Positions 1 to 27,100 of a stretch of 64,000 nt of DNA are shown one piece after another. The notes below the pieces were generated by a model. That model saw only the letters and a program-made list of their open reading frames with translations, did not search any database and was not told the DNA's origin. The DNA lies in NCBI GenBank assembly GCA_963693365.1, contig CAVNZM010000006.1, positions 11,652,481 to 11,716,480 on the forward strand, given 5' to 3'. Source of the stretch: Amoebidium appalachense. Its lineage: Eukaryota; Protista; Ichthyosporea. The translations under genes and the position numbers were made by a program. Position 1 is the stretch's first letter. Every line of letters starts with the position of its first letter.

Positions 1-6245
<6,245 letters not shown>

Positions 6246-6355
6246 GGCTTTACTGGCGGGGCAACCGGGCCCTGCCATCACTCAAACTGCGAAGGACCAC
6301 GAATGAAACATTAGATTTAGACTCGATGAAAAGGTGTAGGGTGTCCTGGTGACCA

Positions 6356-6604
6356 CCCAGCCACAATCTCTCTAATCGGATTTTAGACCCAGCCACAATC
6401 TCTCTGATCGGATTTTAGACCCAGCCACAGTCGCTCTAATCGGATTTTAGGCCCAGCCACAATCCCTCTGATCGGATTTTAGACCCAGCCACAATCGCTC
6501 TAATCGGATTTTAGGCCCAGCCACAATCTCTCTAATCGGATTTTAGACCCAGCCACAATCTCTCTAATCGGATTTTAGACCAGCCACAATCTCTCTAATC
6601 GGGT
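6356..6604. repeat. 32-bp minisatellite (CCCAGCCACAATCTCTCTAATCGGATTTTAGA) x~8 in the DAP 3' UTR / convergent intergenic region
   Basis: Tandem copies with no spacers; the array abuts the DAP stop codon (6605-6607). Confidence 0.95.
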
Positions 6605-6719
6605 TTAGCGCGGTTGCTGGATTGGGATTGGTGCGCCGCCACTTGGCCGACGGTCCAAATGCCTCGGCTCGGGCTTGTCGTCGGGCCGGTGGGGCACAGC
6701 CTTGGCTGCAGTGGAGGAT

Positions 6720-6778
<59 letters not shown>

Positions 6779-6779
6779 C

Positions 6780-6817
<38 letters not shown>

Positions 6818-7632
6818 GTGTGTGTGTGCACATTTGTGTGTTTTGGTGGTGGTGGTGGAGGGCAAACAGAGAGGCCTAGGGGAGGGGAGGGGGGGGGTGT
6901 TGTTAGCCAGCTGGGCCAGCAGGTGCGTTAGATCTAATAATAGATGTGATACATTGATGACTTGGTCTGATACGGGCCATGGCTAGGGCGGTCACACGTG
7001 TGGCTGTGGGTTGCACTATCACAGCACAGTCACCGCATGCACATGTTTGCCGGCCTTCCCTTATGCATGTGGGCTTGTCACGGTTTTACAGCATGTCGCA
7101 GAGCTGGTCCTCCTCCTCCTCCCCCCCCCCCCCCCCCCCCCCCCCCCCTCTCCTTCCCCCTCCCCCACTTCTCACAAAAAAAAAAATTTTTTTTTTGAAA
7201 AAAAGAACCCTCCCCAAGACGCCCACCTTCTATGGTTTTTCTTTTAGCACACACAGGCACACAAGGAGGTTTGTGGCTGTAAATTGTACCCCCCTCCCTC
7301 CCCCCTCCCCTCCCCCCCCCCCCCCCCCCCCCCCTCCCCCCCCCTCCTTTCTTTTGCATGGTCCTGCACCACCGGGAAGGAGGGGGGGGTTCATTACTAG
7401 GGTGGCCTAGCTTGTACTAGTTTCCCAGGTGCTTCAGGTTCTATCACATCATAATGATAGGATAGGTGTGTTTTGAACACAACCACACATGCATGTTGGA
7501 TATGCATATGGACACAACCAAACATGCATATGGACATGTAAACCCTTGCACCAACACACCCACCCGCCCACCATTGGTCAACCCCGAGGCACAACTTACA
7601 GTAGCCAGCTGCAAAAGTCATGCTCCCGTATC

Positions 7633-7665
<33 letters not shown>

Positions 7666-8059
7666 ACACACACACACAGGCATACACACCCTTCTCCTTC
7701 TTCTCCCCCTCTGTGTCGCTCTGACTCTCACTGGCTCTGCGTGTGCGCTCTGCCTCCACCTTCTCCTGCACCCCCATACGGTTGGCCCTGTGCCCCCCAG
7801 TCAGTATGTCAGCCACACAGCACCCCCCAGCAGGCAGGCACGTACGGCTTGACGGGGTGGTGGTGGGCTGCCTGCTTGATGCGCATACCCCCAGCCATCA
7901 CTGTAGAAGAAAGGGGGGGGGGGGGGTCAGCAGGTTTAGGGATTGTGCCACGGGCATTGAGGAGTCCTGACAGCTGACGCTGTCCTGACAAACATTTTTC
8001 ATATTAATTTTCACATGTGCCAGGGACACCCAGCAGACCAATCCTCTCTCTCTCGCACG

Positions 8060-8100
<41 letters not shown>

Positions 8101-8796
8101 CGTGAGGAATGGGGGCAGAGATGTTCCAAGAGGAACTCTCTCAAGCTCCTATAGCATAGGCCAACATTCACACACACGTACAGAGTGAAAAATGGGGAAC
8201 CACAGCAAACAAACCGCACACGGTGCAGCAACTGTTTGGGTCCTTTCCCTTTTCACACGTGTGGATGCATCTCACTTGCCAGCAGCTTGCAGGGCACGGG
8301 CCTACTCATACACACACGCACACCTAACCAACCAGATGTGACAAACTTACAAGACTGTCCAAAAAGGCGTACCGTTTTAAGCAACCAGCCAACAAACCAG
8401 CGCTGTAACACACACATGCACACGCACACGTATGCGCGCACACACAAGTGCAGTTCCACAGCCTGCATGGCCCCGAGGCTGGCCAAGAGCCAATTCCAAA
8501 GTTTGCCTCATTACTTCACAGAGAGTTCTAGAGCTCCACAGCCTACCATACGCGTGCCATGCTACAGCTGGTCATGCAGTACTAGTCTGGTGGGTGAAAG
8601 AGGAAAAAAATGTGTTCCATATCGAAAGTTGCCATGTGTGTTGCTTTTTCGAGCTATAAAGCCCGTGGCCGTGCCTGGGTAGCCCTTTCCCATGTGTTCT
8701 ATGCATCCCAACTCCCCCTAAGTGGGCCGCACCTGCTTTGGGGTGGCCGGCTAGGACTTCCTCGGTCGTGGCATTATGATCCCCTGGGCTGGACAT
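6605..8796 (-). CDS. DAP: Death-associated protein 1 (DAP/DAPL1 family) homolog, ~105 aa
   Basis: Exons 8796-8733, 7900-7846, 7787-7690 and 6705-6605, all GT-AG with compatible phases (318 nt). Product: MSSPGDHNATTEEVLAGHPKAVMAGGMRIKQAAHHHPVKPANRMGVQEKVEAERTRRASESQSDTEGEKKEKAKAVPHRPDDKPEPRHLDRRPSGGAPIPIQQPR*. It has both family signatures, AGHP.AV.AGGMRI and terminal IQQPR. An extra small internal exon cannot be excluded. Confidence 0.9.
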
Positions 8797-9486
8797 GGTC
8801 AAGGTCCTGTTACCTACTCGCGTAGAGTGCGGTGATAGATGCAAAGAGGGTGCGGGCAGGCTGGCTTGTATGGTCTGGTATGCGGTGTGTGTCTGATATC
8901 CAACACAGATCGAACACAGCTGCTACAAAAAACAAATCAATAGCCTACAATACAGCTCTACAATACACGGTCTGCTGGGCAACGTTGAAGCTTTTTTTGA
9001 ACTTCACCTGAATCAAAGATGAGGGCAGAAAATGGCGGAAGAAGTAAGGTGGCCCACACAGAATACATATTGTCCATTGCAACCACTATGAGAAAGAAAC
9101 AATGTATACATGTTTGAATGTAATTGCTCTGTTTTAATTTGTTATATTATGCTGCATTATTGGTAAAAGTAGAACCAATAAGCATACTTCTTGTTTTAGG
9201 GCTTGTCTTTGCCCACCCTCTTCTGGCACGCAAACATTATTGGTCCAGAGCGGTATATTTGAGTGCGGCAAGAAGGCATTTTATGCCATTTTTGGTAAAT
9301 ATCAGTTGATTGGCTATCCGCGCACTCAGATCCACGATGCAGCCAGAGATGCAAGTCTGAGACTTGCACGTAGACCTTGCCGTGTGCAACGTGTGGGGGT
9401 TATAGAGGAAGGCTCAGGTACCTACCTAAGGGCCTGGATTGCACCGCGTGTATTGAACCGTAAGGGCATAAAGGGCACAGCCAGCC
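8797..9486. promoter_or_regulatory. Divergent promoter region DAP / SAM50
   Basis: AT-richer, microsatellite-free interval between head-to-head starts. Contains a YY1-like AAAATGGCGG (~9029-9038), an inverted CCAAT (ATTGG, ~9310) and the hairpin TGCAAGTCT-G-AGACTTGCA (9350-9368). Confidence 0.55.
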
Positions 9487-18812
<9,326 letters not shown>

Positions 18813-19380
18813 CCCACCACCACACCCACAGCCCAACCACCACAGCACAGCCGTGCCCACTACACAGCCCAAGGACGGCTCGCACACGCCCATACAAACA
18901 AACAGTCCCGCACATGCAAACACGTGCAGACACGACACACCGGTTCCCACCAGCACAAGCACACACGCACGGTTACTGGAATGACCTTTACCACACCAAA
19001 CATGAGCTCAATTGCATCCATATGAAAGAAAGCTGACACGGCTCGCATGATGGTCGTGCGCGTTTGCAAACAACCCTGTAATTCATTAGCTTCTGCCATG
19101 TTTGTGGGTAGCTAGCTGGTGATTGTATGCCACTGTTGCTACGTAGTTCGAGATAAACAAATGTTTGGATGAGTGCTTGGTGATTGCATCACATGTTGAT
19201 TTATTGCACCCCACCGTACCCTGTACAGGGCCTGTACATAGTTTGGCCCTGCCGGCCAGGGCCTCAGGCGGCCTGTAACGTGAAACAATAAAGTAATGAG
19301 TTTGTCGAAAAGGGATGCATATGAAATTTCAATTTGTTGCCTATCAAAGGAAGACGTTTCAAACTTTCAAAACGTAAACA

Positions 19381-19510
19381 CACATCACGTGACCGTGCGC
19401 GGTAGACCAATGGCCGCGCGCAGCATCAAGAGATATAAAAAGGCACAACTGAGGCAACACTGAAAAAACCGTGCAAGCCATGACTGCCCTGCGCTGGAAC
19501 TAATATAAAG
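19381..19510 (+). promoter_or_regulatory. Putative TATA-type promoter of the arrestin gene
   Basis: TCACGTGA E-box 19385-19392, CCAAT 19407-19411, TATAAAA 19434-19440 and TATAAA 19504-19509, upstream of ATG 19570. Confidence 0.55.
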
Positions 19511-19569
19511 GCAAGAGTAGACTCAACCTACACGCACACGCACGCACGAGGCCACGCACACGCACGGCC

Positions 19570-20589
19570 ATGGCAGCGACTTTGCGGCGCACGTTCAGCG
19601 GGGTGGCTGCGGTGTCGGCCAGCACACTGCCAGGCGCGAGCAGGCGGCACCTCAGCACAGGCACAGCACTCTTCAACGTGCACTGCGACAGAAACGTCTA
19701 CTATGATGGCGACACGGGTGCGTGCCTGTGCCTGTGCGTGTGTGCGTGTGTGTGTCTGCGTCTAAGTGGCCTATAGAAGTAGGCTGTGTGTGGAGTGGAG
19801 GTGTAAGGCAGAGTGTGTTACTGAGGCTTATGCTCGAACCGTGTTGTCTGTGTCCCCCAGTGGCCTGCACCGTCCCTGCCCCTTCATGTTTTAAGCCCAT
19901 ACGTTGCCTTTATCATGACACCTGTCTATCACTGCGAATGAGGGGTAGCTGTCCGTGTGGGTCTTTGTACCCCAAACTCTATCTGGTTTGGCCCAACTTG
20001 CGTGGCACAGGTCACAGGTGCCTGGTTCAGTGAAGTGTGTGTGGGGGGGCAGATGGGTGTGTGGGTCCACGTGTGTGCGGGCTTGTGCTCTTGCGTGTGT
20101 GTGCGTGCACGTGTGCATGTGTGTGTTTCTGTGTGTGTGTGTGTGCGTGTGGGCGAGAGGGTCTGTGCGTTCCTGCTTGCACGTGCATGTGTGTGCGCGT
20201 GTGTGCACGTGTGCGTGGCGATGGGTATGGACACACCCGTGCAATAACCCTGCTTTGTAAGTGTGTGGCTCTACTGTCTGTCGACTGTGAGCTGCTATAG
20301 TTTCTTTTTCACACGCCTAGCATTAACATTGGCGGGGAGGTGTGTACACATACGTGCCAACTTGTGTGTGCCCACCTGTAGTGTGCAAACCTGACTGGCA
20401 CTGTTGTGTTAAATGTGGTTGAAAGTATATTTTTTATGTGTTCGCTGTTCTCGTTAAATTTTTTTTTCCTTGTTGGCGTCTCTCTGAAGCAATTCTGCAT
20501 TTTTTTTCCTTCTTTGCGCCATGTGTGCAGTGGTATGGTGGTGTCTGTGTGTGGAGCGTGTGTGTGTGTCTATATCTGTGTATGTTTGT

Positions 20590-20627
<38 letters not shown>

Positions 20628-20714
20628 ACGCGCGCGCGCGTGTGTATGTGCGTGTGTGTAGTGTCTGGTTGTTGTTTTTTTTCCTTTGGTTTTTGTGCTT
20701 TTTTTTTTTTCTTT

Positions 20715-20751
<37 letters not shown>

Positions 20752-20972
20752 AAGTCATGTGCTTCTGTGTGCTGCAGGTGTGCTGACATTTTTTTGCAGT
20801 GTCTGGACACGTACACGGCAGTGTGTACCGGGCCATCCACGTGACGGCCATCACCATGACCCTCTCCTGTGAGTTTGCATACAGCGACACCAGCGGCACC
20901 CAGCACACAGACACCCTCTTTTCTAACGGGGTCACCATATGGGAGGGCAGCGAGCTGCAGCCCGGCAGTTAC

Positions 20973-21039
<67 letters not shown>

Positions 21040-21106
21040 ATGCGTGCGTGCCCGTGCGCGTGTGTGTGTGTGTATGTGTGTGTGTGTCTGTGTGTGTGTG
21101 TGCGTG

Positions 21107-21153
<47 letters not shown>

Positions 21154-21938
21154 TGGTGGTTTGGCCGCATGTCTGGTTGCGTACATGTATGCACACATGT
21201 GGCATATAGGTGAGCCTGTCATGTATGTGCTGGTGTGTTTTTCATGTGTGCGTGTGCCTTCTTTCGGCATTCGTGCCTGTCTTTCACGGTGGGTGCCTGC
21301 TCTTCTGTATGTTTTATACCGGCCCTGTGTCTGGGTCCTCTGTGTTGGTAAACCACCTAATTTGGCAATTTATGGGGCTAACCACAAGGGGATGGATTAT
21401 CTGATCCGGTAAACGTTATGGGAGGGTAAACAAATTTCAGAAGGCAAACAATTGTAGAGGGTAAACTATATGGGAGGGTGAGCAATTTTAGAGGGTAAAC
21501 TATAGGGGAGGGTAAACAATTATAGAGGATAAACTATATGGGAGGTTGAACAATTGTAGAAGGTAAAATATATGGGAGGGTAAACAATTGTACAGGGTAA
21601 ACTATATGGGAGGGTAAACAATTGTAGAGGGTAAACTATATGGGAGGATAAACAATTGTACAGGGTAAACAATTGTAGAGGGTAAACTATATGGGAGGAT
21701 AAACAATTGTACAGGGTAAACTATACGGGTGGCTGTGGCCATGGCCTGGCACTGAGGCGCTGTGTCCCCCCAGACCTGCCGTTTGACATCACCGTCCCCC
21801 CCCACCTGCCGCCGTCGGCCGAGACCCTTCGCTGTGCACCCACGGGGCTGCCAGTCAATCATATTCGCTGGAGGGTCACGGCCACGTGCACGGTAGGCAG
21901 CCAATAGGACACGGGCACACGTGCATGAAGCCAATAGG

Positions 21939-21990
<52 letters not shown>

Positions 21991-22383
21991 GTGTGTGCAT
22001 CCAGCCATAAAGATGCACACACGTGTGGACGCAGCCAATAAGACACACATGCATGCAGCTAATATAACACACACACACACACACACGTGTGCATGCAGCC
22101 AATAACACGCACACGTGTGTGCATGCAGCCAATAAGACACACACACATGCATGCAGCTAATCAGACACACACACACACATATACGTGTGCATGCAGACAA
22201 TATGACACACACAAACATGCACAGACCCAATTAGCTGTCAGGGACCTACACAGCAGTGCACACACACGGACACAGGCACAGGCTATGTTAGGTGTCTGTC
22301 GGGAATGCAAACCCACCGAGCAGGTACACACACCAATCCAGCCACATGCAGCCACCTGCCATCAGCCTTGCCTATGGGGACCA

Positions 22384-22426
<43 letters not shown>

Positions 22427-23385
22427 AAAAAAAAAAAAAAAAAAACGACCAACCAACCAACCACCACCACCACCACGTGCACCCCGTCTCACGCCCACCC
22501 CCCTACAGCATGCCGAGGCTGGGCCCAATGTAGCGCTTGCCTCTTCCGTGTTCCACAAAGCCACCCGGCCTGACCCAGCCGTGCCCCCACCATCCACTTT
22601 TGCATATGCCCGCAGCAGGGACAGGCGGCTGTACGTGTTCGGCCAGCTGGAAAAGCACACGTACGTGCGGGGGGGAGCCTGTGGGGGTGCACCTGGTGGT
22701 GCATGGGCCGCAGGGCGCAGCCGGGGAGGTAGTGAGCCTGGGGGCTGTGGCCGTGCAGACGGAGATGCTGGCCGGGCCCGGGCAGGAGCACGTGGCACGG
22801 CAGCACGTGCTGGACGAGGCCGAGGTGGCGCTGGGTGGGCCCAGGCAATGCATGGACGGGGCATGTGAGCGCTGCGTGCTGCTGCCTGCTGCGGGGGACG
22901 AGTGCCAGGGGGTGGTGGCCAGGGGGCCGGTCAGCAGCCTGGGCAGCGAGGACACAGATCACGTGCTGGCACTGGGCGGCAGGGCCAGGGTGGGGCTGGC
23001 TGCAAGCACCATGTACAGGGCCAGTGGCCAGGACGGGGCCACCCTGCTGGTCAGCTACAGCGTGCACATCAGGGCAGCAACCAGGGACGGCACACTGCTG
23101 GACGCCGCAATTCCCTTCCGTTTGGTCGACACGGCAGGGGCACCGCCCAGTGACAGGGTGGACCCTGTGGGTGGCACCATGCAGGGGGGGGAGGAAACAG
23201 AGGCAGAGTGCAACGGCACGAAGGAGGGTGGTGTGAAGGGGGACGTGGAAGGGCAGGGAGAGGGGGAGGCACAGGTAGAGGGGGAGGCGCAGGTGGAGGG
23301 GGAGCAGGAGGGGGTGGCAGAAGGCAAGACCAAGGACGGCCTCCACGGGTGGGGGGGGCCGGTAGCCGTTGTAGGGGCACAGTAG
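19570..23385 (+). CDS. Arrestin-fold (Arrestin_N + Arrestin_C) protein with a presequence-like N-terminus and acidic tail
   Basis: Exons 19570-19717, 20800-20973, 21774-21892 and 22509-23385. Motifs: [74 protein letters not shown]. One G must be removed from the G7 run at 22669-22675. Confidence 0.78.
21415..21725. repeat. ~34-bp minisatellite (GGGAGGGTAAACAATTGTAGAGGGTAAACTATAT) x~9
   Basis: Degenerate tandem copies in arrestin intron 2. Confidence 0.9.
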
Positions 23386-23757
23386 GGCACAGACACGTTA
23401 TTGGCTGGGTGTCCTTCGCGGCTGGGGGCCAGCCACCAGCATATACCTGCATGGCCTTCGTGGTTTGTCTAAGTTCGCTTACGAATGTACCGTCTGAATG
23501 CATGGGCTCACCCTACACATACGTCACTTAGCTGTGATGGATTGCATGTTCTGTTCTGAATGTCGACACATCCAAATTATGCCATACGTATATGCTTTGT
23601 GCATCTTTTTTAAAACGCTTATCCAAATTGTACTATATCTATGTATAATATATGTATGCATATATAAATGTACTGCCAATGTACTGTGTGCAAATTCTGA
23701 ACGTCGACAAATAAACCCATGTGTGTGCTGCAAATGTGTGCTGCCCGCATGATCTGA

Positions 23758-23899
23758 ATGTCGACATTAGACCAAGTGTATGTCAACATTGGACCAAGTG
23801 TATGTCGACATTAGACCAAGTGTATGTCGACATTGGACCAAGTGTATGTCTACATTAGACAAAGTGTATGTCAACATTGGACCAAGTGTATGTCGACAT
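23758..23899. repeat. 22-bp minisatellite (ATGTCGACATTGGACCAAGTGT) x~6 in the CDC27 3' UTR
   Basis: Starts ~6 nt after the CDC27 TAA; the unit contains the palindrome ATGTCGACAT. Confidence 0.92.
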
Positions 23900-23904
23900 G
23901 CTTG

Positions 23905-24067
23905 TTACTGGTCCTCTGCAATGTCGTGTGCCTCCTCATCGTCCTCGCTGAGTGCCTGCTGGCCCATGGCCTCCCGCATCTGCCTGTGGCCACAGTCAGC
24001 ATCACACGGGGAGGATGCATGCCCATGCACGTGCTGGTGGTGGTGGGATGTGTGTGTGTGTGAGTGG

Positions 24068-24107
<40 letters not shown>

Positions 24108-27100
24108 CTACCCGCTGATGCCTCTTGGGTCCAGGTCTCTGGCCCAGGTCAGGTACTTGATAGCCCTGTGAGTCCCCTCAGCCCCCTGCCCAGTGCCCCT
24201 CCCCCCTTCTCCCACTCTTCTCCCCCCCCCCCCTCCCCCCTCCCCCCCCGGGGCACGCACTGGTCCTGGCTGCCGGCCCTCTTGTGCAGGCGGGCCATAA
24301 GCAGATAGACGCTAGGCTCTTTGGGCGCCAGCCCGGCCAGCTCCTCAAGCTCACTTTGTGCCTCCTGCATGTGGGGGGGGGGGTCAACGGCACATATGAC
24401 GTGCATGGATATAACGTGCATGTGTGCCGGTCCTGTTTGGGTGGCCTGTGTGTGGCTGTTCGGCATGAGGGCAGAGAAGCATGCTCGCCTGTATGCACAT
24501 GCTAAAATATGCATGCATGTTGCAGGTCGATGCAGGCAGTGTGCATTTGTACTGTGTGCATGGTACTGTGTGCATGGTATGGTACTGTGTGCATGGTATG
24601 GTACTGTGTGCATGATATGGTACTGTGTGCATGGTACTGCGTGCATGGTACTGTGTGCATGATATGGTACTGTGTGCATGCTACTGTATGCATGGTACTG
24701 TATGCATGGTACTGTGTGCATGGTACTGTGTGCACGCTACTGTATGCATGGTACTGTGTGCACGCTACTGTATGCATGCCCCTGTGTGCATGGTACTGTG
24801 TACATGCCCCTGTGTGCACGGTACTGTGTGCATGCTACTGTGTGCATGCTACTGTGTGCATGCTACTGTATGCATGGTACCATGTGCATAGTACCGTGTG
24901 CATGCCACTGTGTGCCCTACCTGTGTGCGGTCCATAGCGGCCAGCACACAGGCCCTCTGGTACTTTGCCAGGGGGTTGCGCCTGTCCAGCCGCAGGCCCT
25001 CTGTGAACCGCTGCAGTGCCTCCTCGTGCCGCCGCCGTGCAAGCAGTACCTGCAAGCAGCCGTGAGGGGTCTTGTTCCTCATGCCTTTTTGGGGCGGCCA
25101 CGTCCAAATACTGACATAGTGGCCCAACTCTATGGACACAACCAATCCTTAGCCCACAAACGGCAAAAAAAAACAAGGGATCTGCACATTTCACAGTCCG
25201 AGGCCCATACACCGTTTTTTTTTTTTTTTTTGGGGGGGGGGGGGGGGGGCGGGACCACTGAGACACCCAGGCACAACCTTGGTTGAGCAGGAGCAAACTA
25301 CGTGCCCAGTATGACGGCACGTCTATTATACACAGGAACAAAACACACCAAGATGCAATAGGTGCGCACGTGTTAGCCACCACACCAACATGGATGTGCA
25401 CGTGCAACGCACCATGCCGATGTAGGTGTGCAGCACGCAGTTGTGGGGGTTGATGTCTGCGGCCTTCAAGAAGTGGTACTTTGCCAGCTCGTGCTTCTCC
25501 TGGCGGTAGTAGACCATGCCCAGCCCGTACCAGGCGTTGTAGTGCCGCCCGTCCAGCATGATGGCCGTGCGGAAGCAGCCCAGCGCCCGCTCCATGTCCT
25601 CCGTGTACACGTGCTCATGCCCCAGCAGCGTGTAGCCGTACACGTGCAGCGGGTCCACCTGCACCCCCCTCAGCACGTGCCCCCCTGTCCACCCCCCCGG
25701 GGCCATGCACGTGCCTGGATGGCCCGCTCAAAGAACTTCTGTGCTGCCACGTGCTCCTTCTGCACGCTGAAGCAGTTGCCCACCTGCCTCCTCTGTCAGC
25801 AACCCCCTTCTCCCCCCCCTCCCTCCCCCTCCCCCTCCCCCCCTTCCCATGTGCAAGCACGTACCACACACCAGGTCTCTGGGCTGCCCTTGTGCTGCTC
25901 GACCATTTCATGTGCCAAGCCACTCAGAGCCTTTTCCTGCCCAACACCAATGTTAGTCCCCCCTCCCCCCCCGCCCCACCCAATGCCGTGTCCGTACCTT
26001 TCTCAGGTGCCACAGCACGGTGGAGTACATGTCCATGCCCAGTACCTGGTGGGGCGCCAACCGGCGCACCTCCACGTATGCCTGCTCGGCCTGTAGCCCC
26101 CCTCAGCACCCGCAAACACTCAATCCCCCGCTCAGCACCCACAAACACTCAATCCCCCCCCTCAGCACCCGCAAACACTCAATCCCCCCCTCCGCCCCCC
26201 ACGTACTGCACGGTAGTTTGCCGTCTCGACGTGGGCCCTGGCCACCATTGCCTGCACCCAGCCTGTGGCCTGGTGGGCCGGGGGCAGGCTGCCAAACCTG
26301 GCCAGCGCCTGGGGGCAGCGGTAGCGGCACAGGGCCTGGTAGCTGCCATGGTGTCAGCACCCAGCCAGCACCCCAACACCCCCCCGGGCACATACGCCTC
26401 AGCCAGGCCCAACATCAAATCCATGGCCCCTTCCATGGCCCCCACTGGCACTGCTGCGGCCCGGCTGGGGGGGCTGGTGCTGGGGCTGGGCGAGCCTGCA
26501 GCAAAGTGTTAGCAGCCCCCTGCAGGCCCATGCCACCCACGTGTGTGCCTGGAAGGGGTGGAGTGAGCGTGACAGCACACGGTGGGGCACGTACGGGTGG
26601 GCAGGTGGTGGGGGCTGCAGTCAGGGTGCTGGGCCGCAAATTGCGCATGGCCCGGGTGGTGGCCTTGGTGGGTGCCTGCAGGGCATGGTCAGGGCAAAGG
26701 AACAGGGACCCATAGAAGAGGGGCACACATGCTGGCGGGCATGCACGTGCACACAAGAGTGCCACGGGTGGTTGGCCACACACACAGGAAGCACACATCC
26801 AACCAACTAACGCCACAACAGCCTAAACAGTACACACATGTCGTGTCACACGTGTTTTGTGGAACCCACACAAGCCCTGGCATACACGTGCATGACACAT
26901 GGCGTGGGTTGAGCACACAAATGGAACACACATTCACAGCAAACACGTGCACGGCACCCACCAGAGGCGGTGCATTGTGATCTGTTGCCGAGGACTCAGA
27001 CTCCGAGTCGGACAGGCGGTGCTTGCGTGATCGTGTGCGGGGGCCCTCGCCTGCCGCTGCTGGCCCTGGTGCTGCCTGCATGCACAGGGGGAGGGTTGGT

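Noticed and set aside
6356-6604. 32-bp repeats (and the 37-bp arrays at 31890 and 60990) of CRISPR-like length
   Set aside because: Head-to-tail with no unique spacers, no cas genes, and a eukaryotic intron/UTR context.
22669-22675. Frameshifts in arrestin (G7), formin (C8 at 2882-2889) and AGK (C7 at ~62180-62186) as pseudogenisation or programmed frameshifting
   Set aside because: All lie in G/C homopolymers and are fixed by shortening the run to six, which is most consistent with long-read consensus error. Short-read polishing would settle it.
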